A stretch of 64,000 bases of DNA, taken from NCBI RefSeq assembly GCF_020745735.1, contig NC_083414.1:51776013-51840012 (forward strand), given 5' to 3'. How positions within the stretch are numbered: the first letter of the stretch is position 1; every line of letters begins with the position of its first letter. The position numbers were made by a program, and so were the translations under genes. The notes below the pieces were generated by a model. It had not been told where the DNA came from and searched no databases. It saw nothing but the letters and a program-made list of their open reading frames with translations. Source of the DNA: Hemiscyllium ocellatum. Lineage: Eukaryota. Shown one piece after another: positions 50,511-62,944 of this stretch.

Positions 50511-51339
50511 ACTTTTGAGGGCTCTCCTGAGAAAGCAACCATTGAGATAAGTTGCAGAGGCATGGAGACTACATTGGCCTGATGCTCATTCTGAAGGAAG
50601 AATATAGTCTTGGTGTCTCGAGTCTTGAAAACTGATAAGAGATCAGTTCTGTTTCTTTAAGGGCGTGCCCTCTGAATTACACACCGATGAGGTAATTTTG
50701 CTAGGAACAAAACGTCAGAGCACAAGTCCTGCCCAGTGGGAGCTGTGGGCCAGTTGGACACCAGCAGACATTGTGATCAACCATGTCACAAACATTGGTG
50801 TTGCTGCTGTTACAGTGTCCCCAGAGTTGCAGGATCAATGAGAATCCAGCACTAATATAAGAAATTTGTGGGGAGAAGGTTTGGGTTCTAGGTTTGGGAG
50901 ACATGGTGAAAGGATAATTGGGGTGGGGGAGGCAGATGGGTGGCTCCCAGACAGCCAGTCCTTTGCACAAGTCCTGTTGTTCAGCCAGTGAATGTTCGCC
51001 TTTGACTAAGGCACACTCATCACTCCACTCCGCCCCCACCCTCCAGTGCCTAAAAAGCTGCCTGTACAGGTTGACCAATCAGACAAAGCAGTTGTGACAG
51101 GCCCACTTGTTGCTGTATTGATTCCTGTGGTGGCAATCTGACAGCATTAAGCTGTTCTTAGTTTACCACTTCAGAGCCTCAACTGGTACTTGTGTGGAAA
51201 AATAGGCCTGCCACCCCAGACTTTATTCCAGTGTATGGCAGAGTTTGGATACAATGCTGCAAAATGAAGTGCATTTCCTGCCTTAAGTAGGCTATCTTGT
51301 GAAGCAGAAGATTCTGACCCTGAATTTCAACTTGGACAA

Positions 51340-51653
51340 TTAGAAGATTAGACTTACAGTGTGGAAACAGGCCCTTCGGCCCAACAAGTCCACACCGACC
51401 CGCCGAAGCGCAACCCACCCATACTCCTACATTTACCCCATTACCTAACACTACGGGCAATTTAGCATGGCCAATTCATCTGACCCGCACATCTTTGGAC
51501 TGTGGGAGGAAACCGGAGCACCCAGAAGAAACCCACGCAGACACGGGGAGAACGTGCAAATTCCACACAGTCTGTCGCCTGAGTCGGGAATTGAACCCGG
51601 GTCTCAGGCGCTGTGAGGCAGCAGTGCTAACCACTGTGCCACCGTGCCGCCCA
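51340..51653 (-). mobile_element. HE1-type SINE, young copy
   Basis: Intact A and B boxes, CpG-rich, nearly identical to 13366-13690; AGAAG at both flanks. Confidence 0.93.
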
Positions 51654-52929
51654 GAAGGGAATAAGAACTGTCCTTTGTGGCTTACATTAGTGAGGTTTAC
51701 ATAAGATTTTCTTTCTCTCAATTGCTATATGGTGCTTTGTACTGAGAGGGTACATTTGTGGTAAATACAAGATTAGGTTCTGTGAAGATGTCACCAATGC
51801 TGGTTAGGCTGTTAAAATTCTTTCTCTAGGTTCACAATTGAACCATGGCCAACAAAAAGGGGACTAGAGACTAACTGCCATGAAATTATAAACAATCAAG
51901 GGTTAAACTCTGCTTCACAGGAATGTCCAGGCGCCAAGGTGCTTGAGAGAGAGCTTCTCAGAAAAACAAAGAAAATTAAATTTGATTTTCTTTTAATAGG
52001 TGTAATTTACACCGTCCACTGCCTATTCCAATAGTTGTGCTGAATTCCACTTTTTTCACAGCATATTCCAAAAGATGGCAGTCTTTACTAGACAAAGCAC
52101 AGAGAAAGAAAAGGAGCGAGCCTATATATAGCAAAGGTTATTCCGGTCCATTCTCTGAATAATCACCTGATTTTGTATTCATTCACGGTGACTGCTGCTC
52201 CTAGGCAAGGTATGGCTAAAGATCTGCACAGATAAAATATTCATTCATTGTTGGATGTCTAAACTCTATAAAGGTTCCAAGCTTTTTAGGAGCAGCTATA
52301 TGCTGTTTTTGCTGCTGATGAATGTCTTGCCTGAAGCTGCCCTTTATCAGGGAAAAGAAAAACAAGGTACAAACTGGCTTCAGTTAGGATTTATCTTACA
52401 GTAGCACGGAGCTTGAATGGTGATAAATAATTATTTTGAAAATCAAATTATGGCCAAAACCTAAACTGTGCCTCATGGCATTCAAAGTATTTTTCTTAAG
52501 ACTGAAGTACAAGGATTTTCTATTGCCATTCTAAAGTGGAATTTTCAACTTTGATGGAAACACAGAATGGAAATAATGATGAAATATACAGGTCACCCAA
52601 ATTCCTAAGCATTGGCATCATTGGCTATGAAGAGGTTGCCAGCACAATTCTGCCAGTTTTATGCCCAAAAAATAGTGTTATTGGTTCTCTGAGCTTTGGT
52701 GGCTCCTGTCTGTTTTAGTTATCATTTGAACATCAATAGGTTAGATGATACACAGCCATGGCATATTGGGTTAAAATGCGATTAATCTTGTTATTAGATG
52801 TGGGGATCACAATGCACGAGGTAATGCAGGCAGAACTTAAACTTTGGGATGTCTGCTTATCTCAACAATGGCAGCATACAGTTTAGCAAGAGTCATTCTA
52901 CTGAGTGACTGAACATCAGCAAACATCAG

Positions 52930-53425
52930 TTTCCACCTGTTCACAAGGCAGATGAGTGATGGAATCCTCCGCACTTGCCTAGATGAATGCAACTCCAAAT
53001 ACACTCAAGCAGCTTAACACCACCCAGGGTAAATGAACCCACTGGATTGGCACTGCATAAACAACCTTAGAACATTTATTCCCTTCATCACTGATGCATG
53101 TGACAGCAATGTGTACTGTCTACATCGTATACTGCAGTAAATCACCAAGACACCTTAAATAGCACTTTCCAAATCTGTGACCTTTACCACCTGGAACGAC
53201 AAGGGAATCGAATGCCTGGCAACGTCAACATCTCTAATCTCTTCTCCAGCCACACACCATGATGATTTACAACTTTGTCATTGTTCCTTCATTATCTTTG
53301 AATCCACATTTTGCAATTCCCATCTCAACGATAGCAGGTATTCAAGAAGGTAGCTTGCCATCCATTACCTTGTCCAAGGCAGTTAAGGATCAGCAATAAA
53401 TGCTGGGTTTGTCAGCAACATCGTC
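52930..53425 (+). mobile_element. Older CR1/L2-group LINE 3' fragment
   Basis: Similar to 32405-32830; ends CAATAAATGCTGGG, as at 47305. Confidence 0.6.
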
Positions 53426-54860
53426 ACTGCATGGTGTACAATGCACTGCAGTCCCATCACTCTCACAACAGTAATCTTGCAAGGACTTGAAAATTACCTT
53501 TGCAGTGTCAAGTAAATCTGAAAGAGGGTTGGCACCTCTTGTTATTGGGAGCCTTGTTCAGGGTCTGAACTCCTCATGTATCAGCTGGACATGTAGTAGC
53601 TTGGTGGCAACATCCAGGTTTATGGAATTTTATCACTTGAAAGTTTGGGAGGTGGTGAGTGTTGAAAATTGAGGCCAACTTGGCATCAGATTTTCCCGAT
53701 AGGTTTTTCTCCCCTGGCTGTATTCCAATGTACAAAATGGAGCGAGACAGGTTGGAACATGCTGTTCGGAGCAGATGTTGACCTCTTTTTAGAAGCAGTA
53801 TTGACAAATGCAATTATACATTTATGTTGCTGTCAGGAAGACATGGAAGCAAATTACTATGAAAATGAATGCAACTTGCAGGTGATGAACACAGAGGAAG
53901 AATGCAGGTGGATTTTAATAATGCTCATAGTTGTGAATGGAAGTAGTTCATAGCCTGAGAAAGGCAACATGCAGAATTATGATTCAAACATCCTTCTCCT
54001 CTCTCTTATTGAGTGAACAACTGGCATTTGGTTGTGTAATGGGACGATTTTGTGGCATCAATAATGTATGCTTTCAGAGTCAACATGTGCAAAGGCATTT
54101 TTAATAACAAACCATTTAAGGGTTAACACCATTGATTTAAATATTCGGGGAGTTTGATCAATAATGAATTTTGGTATCATGAAGAATGAGCCTCGATCAC
54201 ACAAATCAAATCTTTAATTTTCAGCTGTAATAGTTTCAGAAATAGTTTTGCAAAATATTCTGCTCTCAGCTGTCAATATCAGGCCTGAAAACCTAAAGAT
54301 CTCACACTTTGAACCCACATCCAATTTGCAAAACTGACAATCCCATTTGGAAGTCAATCCATCAATTAAAGAAAAATGGTGGCCGGCCTGCAGGACAGAA
54401 GTACCCCGCCGGAGATGTGAATAGGTTGAGCAAAATCCCAGAATGCCCATTGTCTGCTCTTATCCAATACCTTCTCTTTCGTTTATGACACTTGTATCAT
54501 TCAGTGATGGAAGCTTTGAGTGCAAGAGAAAACGTGTTCAGCCAGGGAGTAAAATGGTGAATTTCCATTTGCCATTGTGTTCTGTTGAGCAGCAAGATCA
54601 AATTAATCTGATTTGTAACAAAATAATGAACTTCCCAAAGTTAAATCTCACATTTATTGAGATGAGATTGCATCTTCTTGCAGCTTGACAAGATACGGGC
54701 TGTATTATTTGGATGATATGAACCAGAACAAAAGTTGCCTTTGTCACCTTCAGACTTTATATTTCCCAATACCTTTCCATCTTCTATTGTGCAAAAACTT
54801 GAAGTCATCCAAAATTCAGTTCTATGCTCCAAGTCAGGCTCACTGTTTACTCCTGCTGAT

Positions 54861-57800
54861 CATAAAACCAATAGATATAAGAGCAAAATTAAATCATCCG
54901 GCCCATTGAGTCAGCTCTATGGCTGATATGGGGTTTCTCAACCCCATTCGCCTGTCTTCTCCCGATAATCTTTGAGCCCCTTACTAATCAAGGGTATCTC
55001 TTTGTGTCTTAAATACACTCAATGAACTGGCATCTTTCTGTGACAATGAGTTGCACAGATTCACCATGCTCTAGTTGAAGCAATTTCTCTTCATTTCAGT
55101 TGTAGAAGGTCTTCATTTCACAGTGAGATTGTGCTCTTGGAGCCCAGTCTCTCTTACTAGTGGATACATCTTTTCCAAGTCCACTCTATCCAGGTCTCTC
55201 AATATTCTGTAATTTTCAATCAGATTCTTCCTCGTCCTTCTAAATTCCAAGTACAAACCCAAAGTCCTTCAGTGTCAGCACACCATTCTTTAAATATGAG
55301 GCCTAAAACACAGTGGCATGGTGGCTCAGTAGTCAGCACTGCTGCTTCATAGCACCAGGGTCCCAGGTTCAATTCCAGCCTCGGGCGACTGTCTTTGTGG
55401 AGTTTGCACATTCTCCCCATGTCTGCATGGGTTTCCTCCCACGGTCCAAAGACGTGCAGGTCAGGTGAATTGGCCATGCTAAATTGCCCGTAGTGTTAGG
55501 CGCTTTAGTCAGAGGGAAATGGGTCTGGATGGGTTACTCTTTGGAGGGTCAGTGTGGACTGGTTGGTCTGAAGGGCCTATTTCCACACTGTAGGGAATCT
55601 AATCTAATCTAAAACTATTCACAATATTCTAATTGCAGTCTGATCAGAGTCTTATACAGCCTCAATTGTACTTTGTTCATGTATTCTAGCTTTTTCGAAA
55701 TGAACGCAAACATTGTGTTTGCATTCCGAACTCCCAGCCTAACCTGCATGTTAACTTGAAGAGAATTGTGACCTAGCTGTCCAAAGTCCCTTTGTACTTC
55801 AGATTTCCAAAACCTTTCCCTGTATAGAAAATAGTTTCCAACTAAAATACATAACCTCACACTTTTCCACATTCTATTCCATCTGCCACTTCTTTCCCAA
55901 TCTCCTAGCCTGTTCAAATCATTCTGCAGCCTCCCTGCTTACTCAACATGATCTACCTTCCATTTATTGTTGTCTCATCTGTAAACTTAGCAACCATGCC
56001 CTCAGTGCCTTTATCCAGATTGTTAATATACAACACAAACAGTTGTGATGCCAACACTAACCCTTGAGGCACTCTACTGGTCACTGGCTTCCATACTGAA
56101 AAAGACCTCTTTATCCCTACTGTATACCTTCTGCCAGTTAGCCAATCCTCTATCCATGCCAATACCTTGTCTCTAACACCAGGGACTTATCTTATTGAGC
56201 AGCCTCATGTGCAGCACTTGGTCAAATGTTTTCTGGAAATCCAAATCAATCACGTCCATTGGCTCTCCTTTGTCTAACTTGCTTGTTACCTCCTCAAAGA
56301 ATTCCAACAGATTTGTAAGGCATGACTTCCACTTGATGAAACCAGGTTGACTCAGCCCTATTTTACCATACACTTCCAAGTACTCCACAGTCTCATCCTT
56401 AATAATGGAAACTAAATTCTTACCAATGATCAAGATAGAATAATTAGGCTAGAATATCCTGTCTTTTGACCCCCTTGCTTCTTAAACAGGGGTGTTACAT
56501 TAGCCAAATTCCAATTCTCTAGGACACTTCCTGACTCTAGTGATTCCTGAAAGATCACCACTAATGCCTCAACAATTCCTTCTGTTATCTTTTTCTGAAT
56601 TCTGGGGTATAGTCCATTCAGTCCAGGTAATTAAACTAGGTTAAGAACTTTCAGCTTTGTCAGCACCGCCTCCAGAGTAATGGCTACTACACTCACCTAT
56701 GCCCTCCGAGTCTCTTTGAAGCTCTGGTATGCCGCTGGTGTCTTCCACTGTGACAACCAATGCAAAGTACCTACTCAGTTCCTCTGCCATTTCTTTGCTC
56801 TCTGTTACTATTCATTTTGCAATGGTCCAATATCCACTCTTGCCTCTCCCTTACCTTTTATATATCAACAAATATCTCGCAATCCTCTTTTATAATTCTA
56901 GCTAGCTTATTCTCATTCTTTATCTTTTCCTTTATTACTTAGTTTTGCTGTGCTGGTTTTTAAAGGCTTCCTCACATCTTCACCAAATTGTATGTTTTTC
57001 TTTTGCTTTTATGCTGTCCCGAGCTTCCCTTGTCAGCCATGGTTGTCTCAGCCTCCCTTTCGCAGGCTTCTTCTTCCTTGGGATGAATTTCTGCTGTGAC
57101 TCTGAATCACCCCCAGAAATGTCTGCCACTGATGCTCCACTGTCTTTCCTACTGGGCTCCCCTTCCAATCAACTCTGGCAAGTTCCTCCGTCATGTCTTT
57201 GTAGTTACCTTAACTTAATACTAATTCTATTACACAAGATTCTAACTTCTCCGTCTCAAACTGCAGGGTGAAATCTATCATATTATGGTCACTGCCCTAA
57301 AAGGATTCCTTGATCTTAAGTTCCCTTGTTAAGCCTGTCTGATTACACAAAACCAAATCCCGAACTGTCTGTTCCCTAGTGGGCTCAACCACCGCTCCTG
57401 AAAACCATCTCATAGACATTCCACAAATTCCCTTCCTTGAGATTCACTACCAAACTGATTTTCCCAATTCACCTACATATTGAATTCCCCCCAATTATTG
57501 TAAACATGTTTTTCTTACAAACCTTTTCTCTCTCCTAATTTATTTTCTGCCCCACATCCTGATGATGGCTCCAGTCAGGATCTCTACTTGTTTGCAGCTC
57601 CTCATTTCCATCCACATAGATTCTACACCTTCTGTTTGTGTAGCACTTCTTGCCACTGATTTACTTTCATTTCTTATTAACAAGGCAACCCTGCCTCCAC
57701 TGCCCATCTGTCTGTACTTTTGATGGGATGCATATCCTTGAATATTTAGTTTCCAATCCTGACCTCTCGCCACACCACATCTCTGTGATACCAATAACAT

Positions 57801-58840
57801 CGGACCTATCAGCTCATTTACTTGGTTTCGTATACTGTGTGCATCTAAGTCAACACTGTCAGTGTTGCATTTACTGCATCCCCCTTATCATATTTGTTTC
57901 CTTATCTACTGTGATTGAAGTTAGTTTCCTGACACTTTCCGTACTCTCTGTCCTATTACTTGCTCAGAAAGTTTAATAACCAAAGCAGAACCTTCTCCAC
58001 CTTTAACTTTTTCCTGCAATTGCACCTCTCTCACCTCCACCTGTTTAAATTAAATCGCTATTCACAATCCCATTTCTGCAATTTGCCAGAACTCTGGCCC
58101 CAGCATGATTCAGGTAGAGCCCATCCCATGGGAACAGCTCCATCCTCCCCCAGTACTGGTGCCAATATTCTATGAATTTGAACATATACCTCTTTAATCT
58201 TGTTGACCCTGTGCCAATTTGCTTGTGGTTCAGGCATCAATCCAGAGAATATTACCTTTTCAGTTCTCCTTTTTAATTCAGTCCTTAGCTGCTATATTTG
58301 CTCAGTAGAACTTCTTTCCTCTTTCTATCTATATTGTTGGTACCTACATGGACCACTGGATCTTTCCCTTCACACTCCAAGTTCCTCTGCAGGATGAGAT
58401 ATCCTGAACTTTGGCAGGCAACACAGCCTTTGTGACTCTCAATCCTGAACACAGAAAACAGTATCTATTTCCCTGGCTGTACTGTACTGTCCCCAATTGC
58501 AACTACATTTCTTTTCTCTCCCCCCTCTTTAATGGCTCCTTTTACCACAATGCTGTGGTCAGTTTGCTCATCCTTCCGGTAGTCCTCACTCACTTCCACG
58601 CAAGAGCAATAATTTCAGACAAGTTCAAGGGCCTTTAACACTACCTCTTGGATCTCTCTATCTTCCTCGCTCGTAGTCACACCTCCTGTTCCTGACCTCT
58701 GACTGAATTTGAGGTTGTTAATCTAAGGGCTATAATTGTCTACTGGTAACATCATCCAGGTAACACTCCTCCTCCCTGATGTATCGCATTGTTTGAAGAT
58801 CAGATTCCAGCTCATCATCTCTGAGCTGGAGTCCCTCACA
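54861..58840 (-). mobile_element. Near full-length decayed CR1 (ORF1 remnant, EN, RT, 3' end)
   Basis: ELESDLQTMRYIREEECYLD (ORF1, about 58750-58815); EN (57540-57800); RT DLDFQKTFDQV (56173-56433) and VPQGLVL...KFTDET (55953-56162). Confidence 0.9.
55311..55612 (+). mobile_element. HE1-type SINE inserted in the CR1
   Basis: A box TGGCTCAGTAG, B box GGTTCAATTCC, (AATCT)n tail; CTAAAAC on both sides. Confidence 0.9.
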
Positions 58841-59394
58841 CTGAACTCACTGGTCAGGATGGCTGACTTATGATCAATTCTAATGTAGCAATGTATTTAA
58901 AATTCATGCCTCTAATCTCAAATACCATTTTGATCTTGTCCGCCCATATCTCAGTTTCTTCCTTCAATCCTATATGTTTACCTTGATCCTGTAATATTGT
59001 CTCTCATACATTCTCTACTCCTTTGGCCCTAACGTTTGCAGAAGAAAATTTTCTTCTTTCTAGCTCTCAATCACATTTCTTCACAAAACATAGTAATTCA
59101 CCTCAAATTTTAATCACTGCATTAATTAACTCTTCCTTTGGGTCGGTGTCTTTTTTTTGGTCAGATTTTTTTCTTGGGTAAAACAACTTGGGACGTTTTT
59201 ATTATTCCAAAGGTATTGTGGAAATGGACCACAAACATTTGTTGCATACTTTGAAACAAATGTTCAACTTACAACACAACATGATTTTTCTCCCTCCAAT
59301 GTGGTAAATCAGTAAAAGAAACGTACAAATGGTGGAAGCCCAAAATTATTAAAGAAATTCATCTCCTTTAATAGATAATCTACCAAAAGCGTTA

Positions 59395-60224
59395 CAGAAT
59401 CAAATTGGTGAAATTTGAAATAAATTGTGTGCCCTGATTCTATTTTCTGTTATCCTCACAATAAACTTTGATCTACGGTGCAAAGGAAATGCTACAGTAT
59501 ATAGATCTCATCTGTTTTGTTTAGATCCTTTGCAATCACATAGAGGTTTAGCAATTGGCCATTGTAGGGGCAACAGATACAATATCATGAAATCAGTTGT
59601 GGCAGGATAAACAGAGGGGGGAAAAAAGTCATTAAAAATAATTCCATTAATTCCATAAGACAAACAAAATGACCATCTTCACAGCAAATAAAATTTCCAA
59701 ACATACTCTGAATGCCTCAGGAATTCTGCAAGAGACCAACTTGACTCTCTGGCAGAACTTTGCAATCTAAATGTATGGTGGTCTTTGATGTTACAATAAT
59801 CGTTGATGAAGTGAATAATTGAAAGCAAAAACGAATGCAACTGCCTCTAAGAACTCATATCCAGTGGGAACATTATTCCTTGATTAAGTTTTTAAAATGC
59901 ACTGATTTATGAAAACTTTCCATTCCACTAAAAATGTCATTCTCTATACCCTGGCCACAAGTCCACACAATGGCATTATTTTTTAATGACTTTTTTTTCC
60001 CCCTTTGCTTACCCTGCCACAACTGATTTCATGATATTGTGTCTGTTGCCCCTACAACGGCCAATTGCTAAACCTCCATGGGATTGCAAAGGATCTAAAC
60101 AAAACAAATGAGTTCTATATACTGTAGCATTTTCTTTGCACCATAGATCAAAATTTATTGTGAGGATAACAGAAAATAGAATCAGGGCGCACAATTTATT
60201 TCAGATTTCACCAATTTGATTCTG
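59395..60224. repeat. Long inverted repeat: arms 59395-59648 and 59969-60224, 320 bp spacer
   Basis: Manual alignment gives about 15 substitutions plus homopolymer length changes (about 93% identity); mirrored ORFs 59425-59610(+) and 60009-60194(-). Confidence 0.97.
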
Positions 60225-60989
60225 AATTCCCAAGTACTACAAGGCTGACACACACAAAATAGGCCAGCAAGAATAGCTAGTGGAAGATCAATCTAATTCA
60301 CTGCCAATTCTTTCAAAATTGTTAACGATTGGAACTTCATTCCGAGGCCATTGCAGAAATTGTGGGGATCGCATGATTATTGCAGAATAGAATCTTTTCT
60401 TTTTATTTTTTAAGCCTTTGCAATTTATCTTTTTATATTTCCCATTTGACTGGGTCACAGTTCTTGAATGTGAGAGATCCAGATTCAACTAAAGAAAAGG
60501 TGAAAATTGAATCACTTTGATAGTTGGTCTTGACCTCCTATGAAATGAGCAATGACAGAATAGAGTCAATTGTCAGTGCACATCAGTTCACAGAACAAAC
60601 CCTTCAGTAGTTATACAAAAGCAAAGTGCTGTGAATGAAGTCAAACAGAAAATGTTGGAAATACTCAGCAAGGGAGGAGCACCAGTGGAGAGTTTCAGGT
60701 TGGTGACATTTCCTCAGCAACTGGATCAGGTTTTAAGCAAATAAAGAGGCAGGATAAAGAGCAAGGGTAACAAAGGAATGGAAGTCTTAAGACAAGGTGG
60801 AAGGCAGGAGAGATGAAAATACAAGTGAAAGAACAAAAGATGGGAATAGAGGAGAGATGTAAGTGGGCATTGTAGTATGACCACCAACTGTGACTATCCA
60901 ACAAAATGATTTATGATCAGAAGTTATAATATGAAAAGTTTGAACTTGATGCGAAGTTGACGAAGCTGTAAAAGTCAAATTAAAATGTG

Positions 60990-61290
60990 AGCTGTCATTG
61001 AAAGAATGTAGATGCCATGGACAAATGTTCCAAGAGGAAGGCAATTGGAAAATCTCCTTGAACATTGCCTTTAAAATGTGGCACCTGTATCACCCAGAAG
61101 GAAAAAGGCAGCAGATATATTGGACTATGACCACCTGCTAGAATGCCTTCAAGACTATATTGACTTGGAAATACGCACCATTTCTTCACTGTCACTGGAT
61201 CGAAATCTGGAATTCCCACTTGAACAGCACTGTGGGTGTCCCTTCACCCTTAAGAATGCAATGGTTCAAGACGCCAACTCACCATCTCCT
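60990..61290 (-). mobile_element. Older CR1/L2-group LINE 3' UTR fragment
   Basis: TGACTTGGAAATACGCACCATTTCTTCACTGTCACTGGATCGAAATCTGGAATTCCC resembles 32745-32810. Strand assignment is uncertain and the text may be + oriented. Confidence 0.35.
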
Positions 61291-61849
61291 TCACCAATTC
61301 ACGATGGGTCTCAGAAACAACACTCATATCCCATGAACAAATGTTTAAGACATTTCAGTAGACTGGGAGCTTGAGTTCACGCTCACCGACTGAATTAGGG
61401 TGTTACGCAAAGTGGTCACAAATCTACATTAATAGGCTGAAGTTTGAAATACAGTGCACTTTTGTGTACTGGAAGCTACATACAGGATCTTGTTCCATGC
61501 ACACAGAAGGAATGTGTGCACTCTTCGCAGCTGTTTCACCTGAACAGAATAGGTGACCGTCACCTATTCACTGGCTCAATTCTCAGTACAAGGTCACGAC
61601 CAGTCGGAATGAACCAGTCTGCTTTAAAATTCAAACAAAGCCTGGCAGTTCACTGCCAATCAAAATTCATGGGTGCATTCTCCATGGCAACATCTCTGCC
61701 AAGAGTTCACTTGCCAATCAATTTCTTCTCATGCAGCATATATGTTGGTTTTCCCATTAAATTGGTACTCTTGTGAATTGGCTTGGGCAGTGCAAGACAA
61801 AAAGCTTCAACAAACTGTGCTTTCCTTCAGCAATGTTGAAGATTTGAAG

Positions 61850-62720
61850 CTAACACAAAGCTGGGGCAGGAGGGTAAGCTGTGGGGGAGGATGTAGAGAT
61901 GCTTCAGTGTGATTTGGACAAGTTGAGTCAGTGGCAAATAGAAGGCAGGTCAAGTATAATGTGGATAAATGTAAGTTTATCTATTTTGGTAGCAAAAACA
62001 GGAAGATACATTATTACCTGAATAGTAGTAAATTAGGAAAAGGGAGGTGCAAAAAGATCTGGGTGTCCTTGTATACCACAAAACATGCACGTACAGCAGG
62101 CAGTGAAGAAGGCTCAGCGAAGTATTTTCGCCTTCATGGTGAGGGGCTTTGAGTACAGGAGTATGGATATCTTACTGTCTTGCCGCAATTGTGCAGGGCT
62201 TTGATGGGACCACACCTGTAGTATTCCGTGCAGTTTGGTCTCCTTACCTGAGGAAGGATGTCCTAGCTATGGAGGATGTGAAAGAAAAGGATAACCAGAA
62301 TGATTTCTGAGATGGCAGGACTGAAGTATAAAGAGACAATGGATCAGTTAGGACTATATTCACTGGATGAATGAGGGTGATCTTAAAGAAACCTATAAAA
62401 TTCTGACAGGGTTAGGCATGGTAAATGGAGGAAGGATGGTCCTGATGACAGGGGTCACAGTTTAAAGATTTAGGGTAGGTCATTTAGGACTGAGAAGAGG
62501 AAAGTTTCTTTACCAAAAAGTGGTGAGTCTGCAGGATTCTCTGCACAGGAAGTATTTGAGGACAAAACATTGAAGTTTTCAAGAGGACAGATGCAGTTAT
62601 TCAGACTAAAGGGATCAAAGCATATGGGGCAAAACTGGAATGAGGTACTGCGTTAGAGGAGCATATTCAAGATGGAGTAAGCTTGCAGGACCAAATGGTC
62701 TACTCCTGTCATATTTTCCA
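61850..62720 (+). mobile_element. CR1 3' fragment
   Basis: ORF 61931-62152 ANRRQVKYNVDKCKFIYFG; GTGCAGTTTGGTCTCC; 3' UTR GGACCAAATGGTCTACTCCTG. Confidence 0.85.
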
Positions 62721-62944
62721 CATTAACAAATGACAAACCAACAAATAAGTTGTTATTTCATCCAGAAGGATTGCTTGCAGTTCTGTGGTTGTATGAGTGG
62801 AGGCAAAAGGACAGAACTTTGACATCGTGGAAATGGCAGAGTGTGTTGGAGGTGATTGACAGGTGAATCATGGACTTCTGGAGGGAACAGTTCCTACATA
62901 GTGCTGAAAGAGTAGTGGAGAGCAAGTCATGATTGGTGGCATGA

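Noticed and set aside
59425-59610. Duplicated 61-aa ORFs as a small gene pair
   Set aside because: They have non-ATG (TTG) starts and no recognised homology, and are simply a consequence of the inverted repeat.
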